From the human T2T-CHM13v2.0 reference genome, Homo sapiens: a DNA stretch of 64,000 bases. Made by a program: the position numbers and the translations under genes. The notes under the pieces are model-generated. The model did not search any database. It saw only the letters and a program-made list of their open reading frames with translations, and was not told the origin of the DNA. The stretch lies in assembly GCF_009914755.1 (NCBI RefSeq), contig NC_060946.1. The stretch is one strand, 5' to 3'. Below are positions 63,021-64,000 of the stretch, piece by piece (the stretch's first letter is position 1; every line of letters begins with the position of its first letter).

Positions 63021-63365
63021 AAATTTCTGAAAAAGGCAGAAGACAGAGGAAAATGTCCATAATATGCTGCTAGTGGGAAAAAATAGGTCTAAAAAACAGA
63101 CCAACAGTATGACTCTACACTACTTTATTTAGTGATACGGATATATGGGCCCAGAAAAAAAAGACTGGAAGGATTTATAGGAAAATGTTGGCAATGTGTA
63201 TCTCTTGGTACTTTTATGTGGTTTCCGGGTCCTTTGTTTGCTTTCATTGAACACATAATGTTTTTGTAGTTAGAAAAAAAAAATAACAACAAAAAAAGCT
63301 CTGGTCTCTGTTATTAGGAGTTTATAATCTGACCACAAGAAAGCTGATTATGCTTATGATGGTTA

Positions 63366-63830
<465 letters not shown>

Positions 63831-64000
63831 CTATCCGTGGCCAGGCGTTCTCTACGTAGGAATAAAGTCCTTCTCTGCCCCTGTGGATGGAAGGCAGGGC
63901 TAAGAAATACTTTTTTAGACTGTCATCTGAAATTCTTATTCTATTATCACAGCGGTGAATAGGAAGGGCTCCCAGCTTTCCTTTTCTCTCAGCCCAAGGC

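Overview
Human (primate) genomic DNA, very rich in Alu repeats, recognised from gene content as the DMC1-FAM227A interval (22q13.1). On the minus strand it holds the CpG-island promoter, non-coding exon 1 and coding exons 2-12 of the meiotic recombinase DMC1 (836 coding nt, aa 1-279). The last DMC1 exons lie left of the window. Also on the minus strand, upstream of DMC1, are the last three exons and probable long 3' UTR of a gene I recognise as FAM227A. The rest is Alu, L1, L2, MIR, solo LTRs and DNA-transposon fossils, and nearly all ORF-track entries are Alu artefacts. Main observations: (1) The 10.5-kb DMC1 intron between exons 8 and 9 has minor-spliceosome (U12) signals. The two exons around it total exactly 165 nt (55 aa), which would explain the known 55-aa exon-skipped DMC1-D isoform. 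(2) A FAM227A intron ends in a perfect U12 branch site followed by AC. (3) A GG-for-GT donor look-alike and a canonical donor in the penultimate FAM227A exon give two different C-termini. (4) A split Tigger3b transposon reveals a ~1.35-kb Alu-mediated inversion between the genes. (5) The DMC1 promoter has six STRA8-type CNCCTCAG motifs, a palindromic E2F site and MYB sites. Repeat subfamily names come from recall of consensus sequences, not from a search, and repeat boundaries are approximate.
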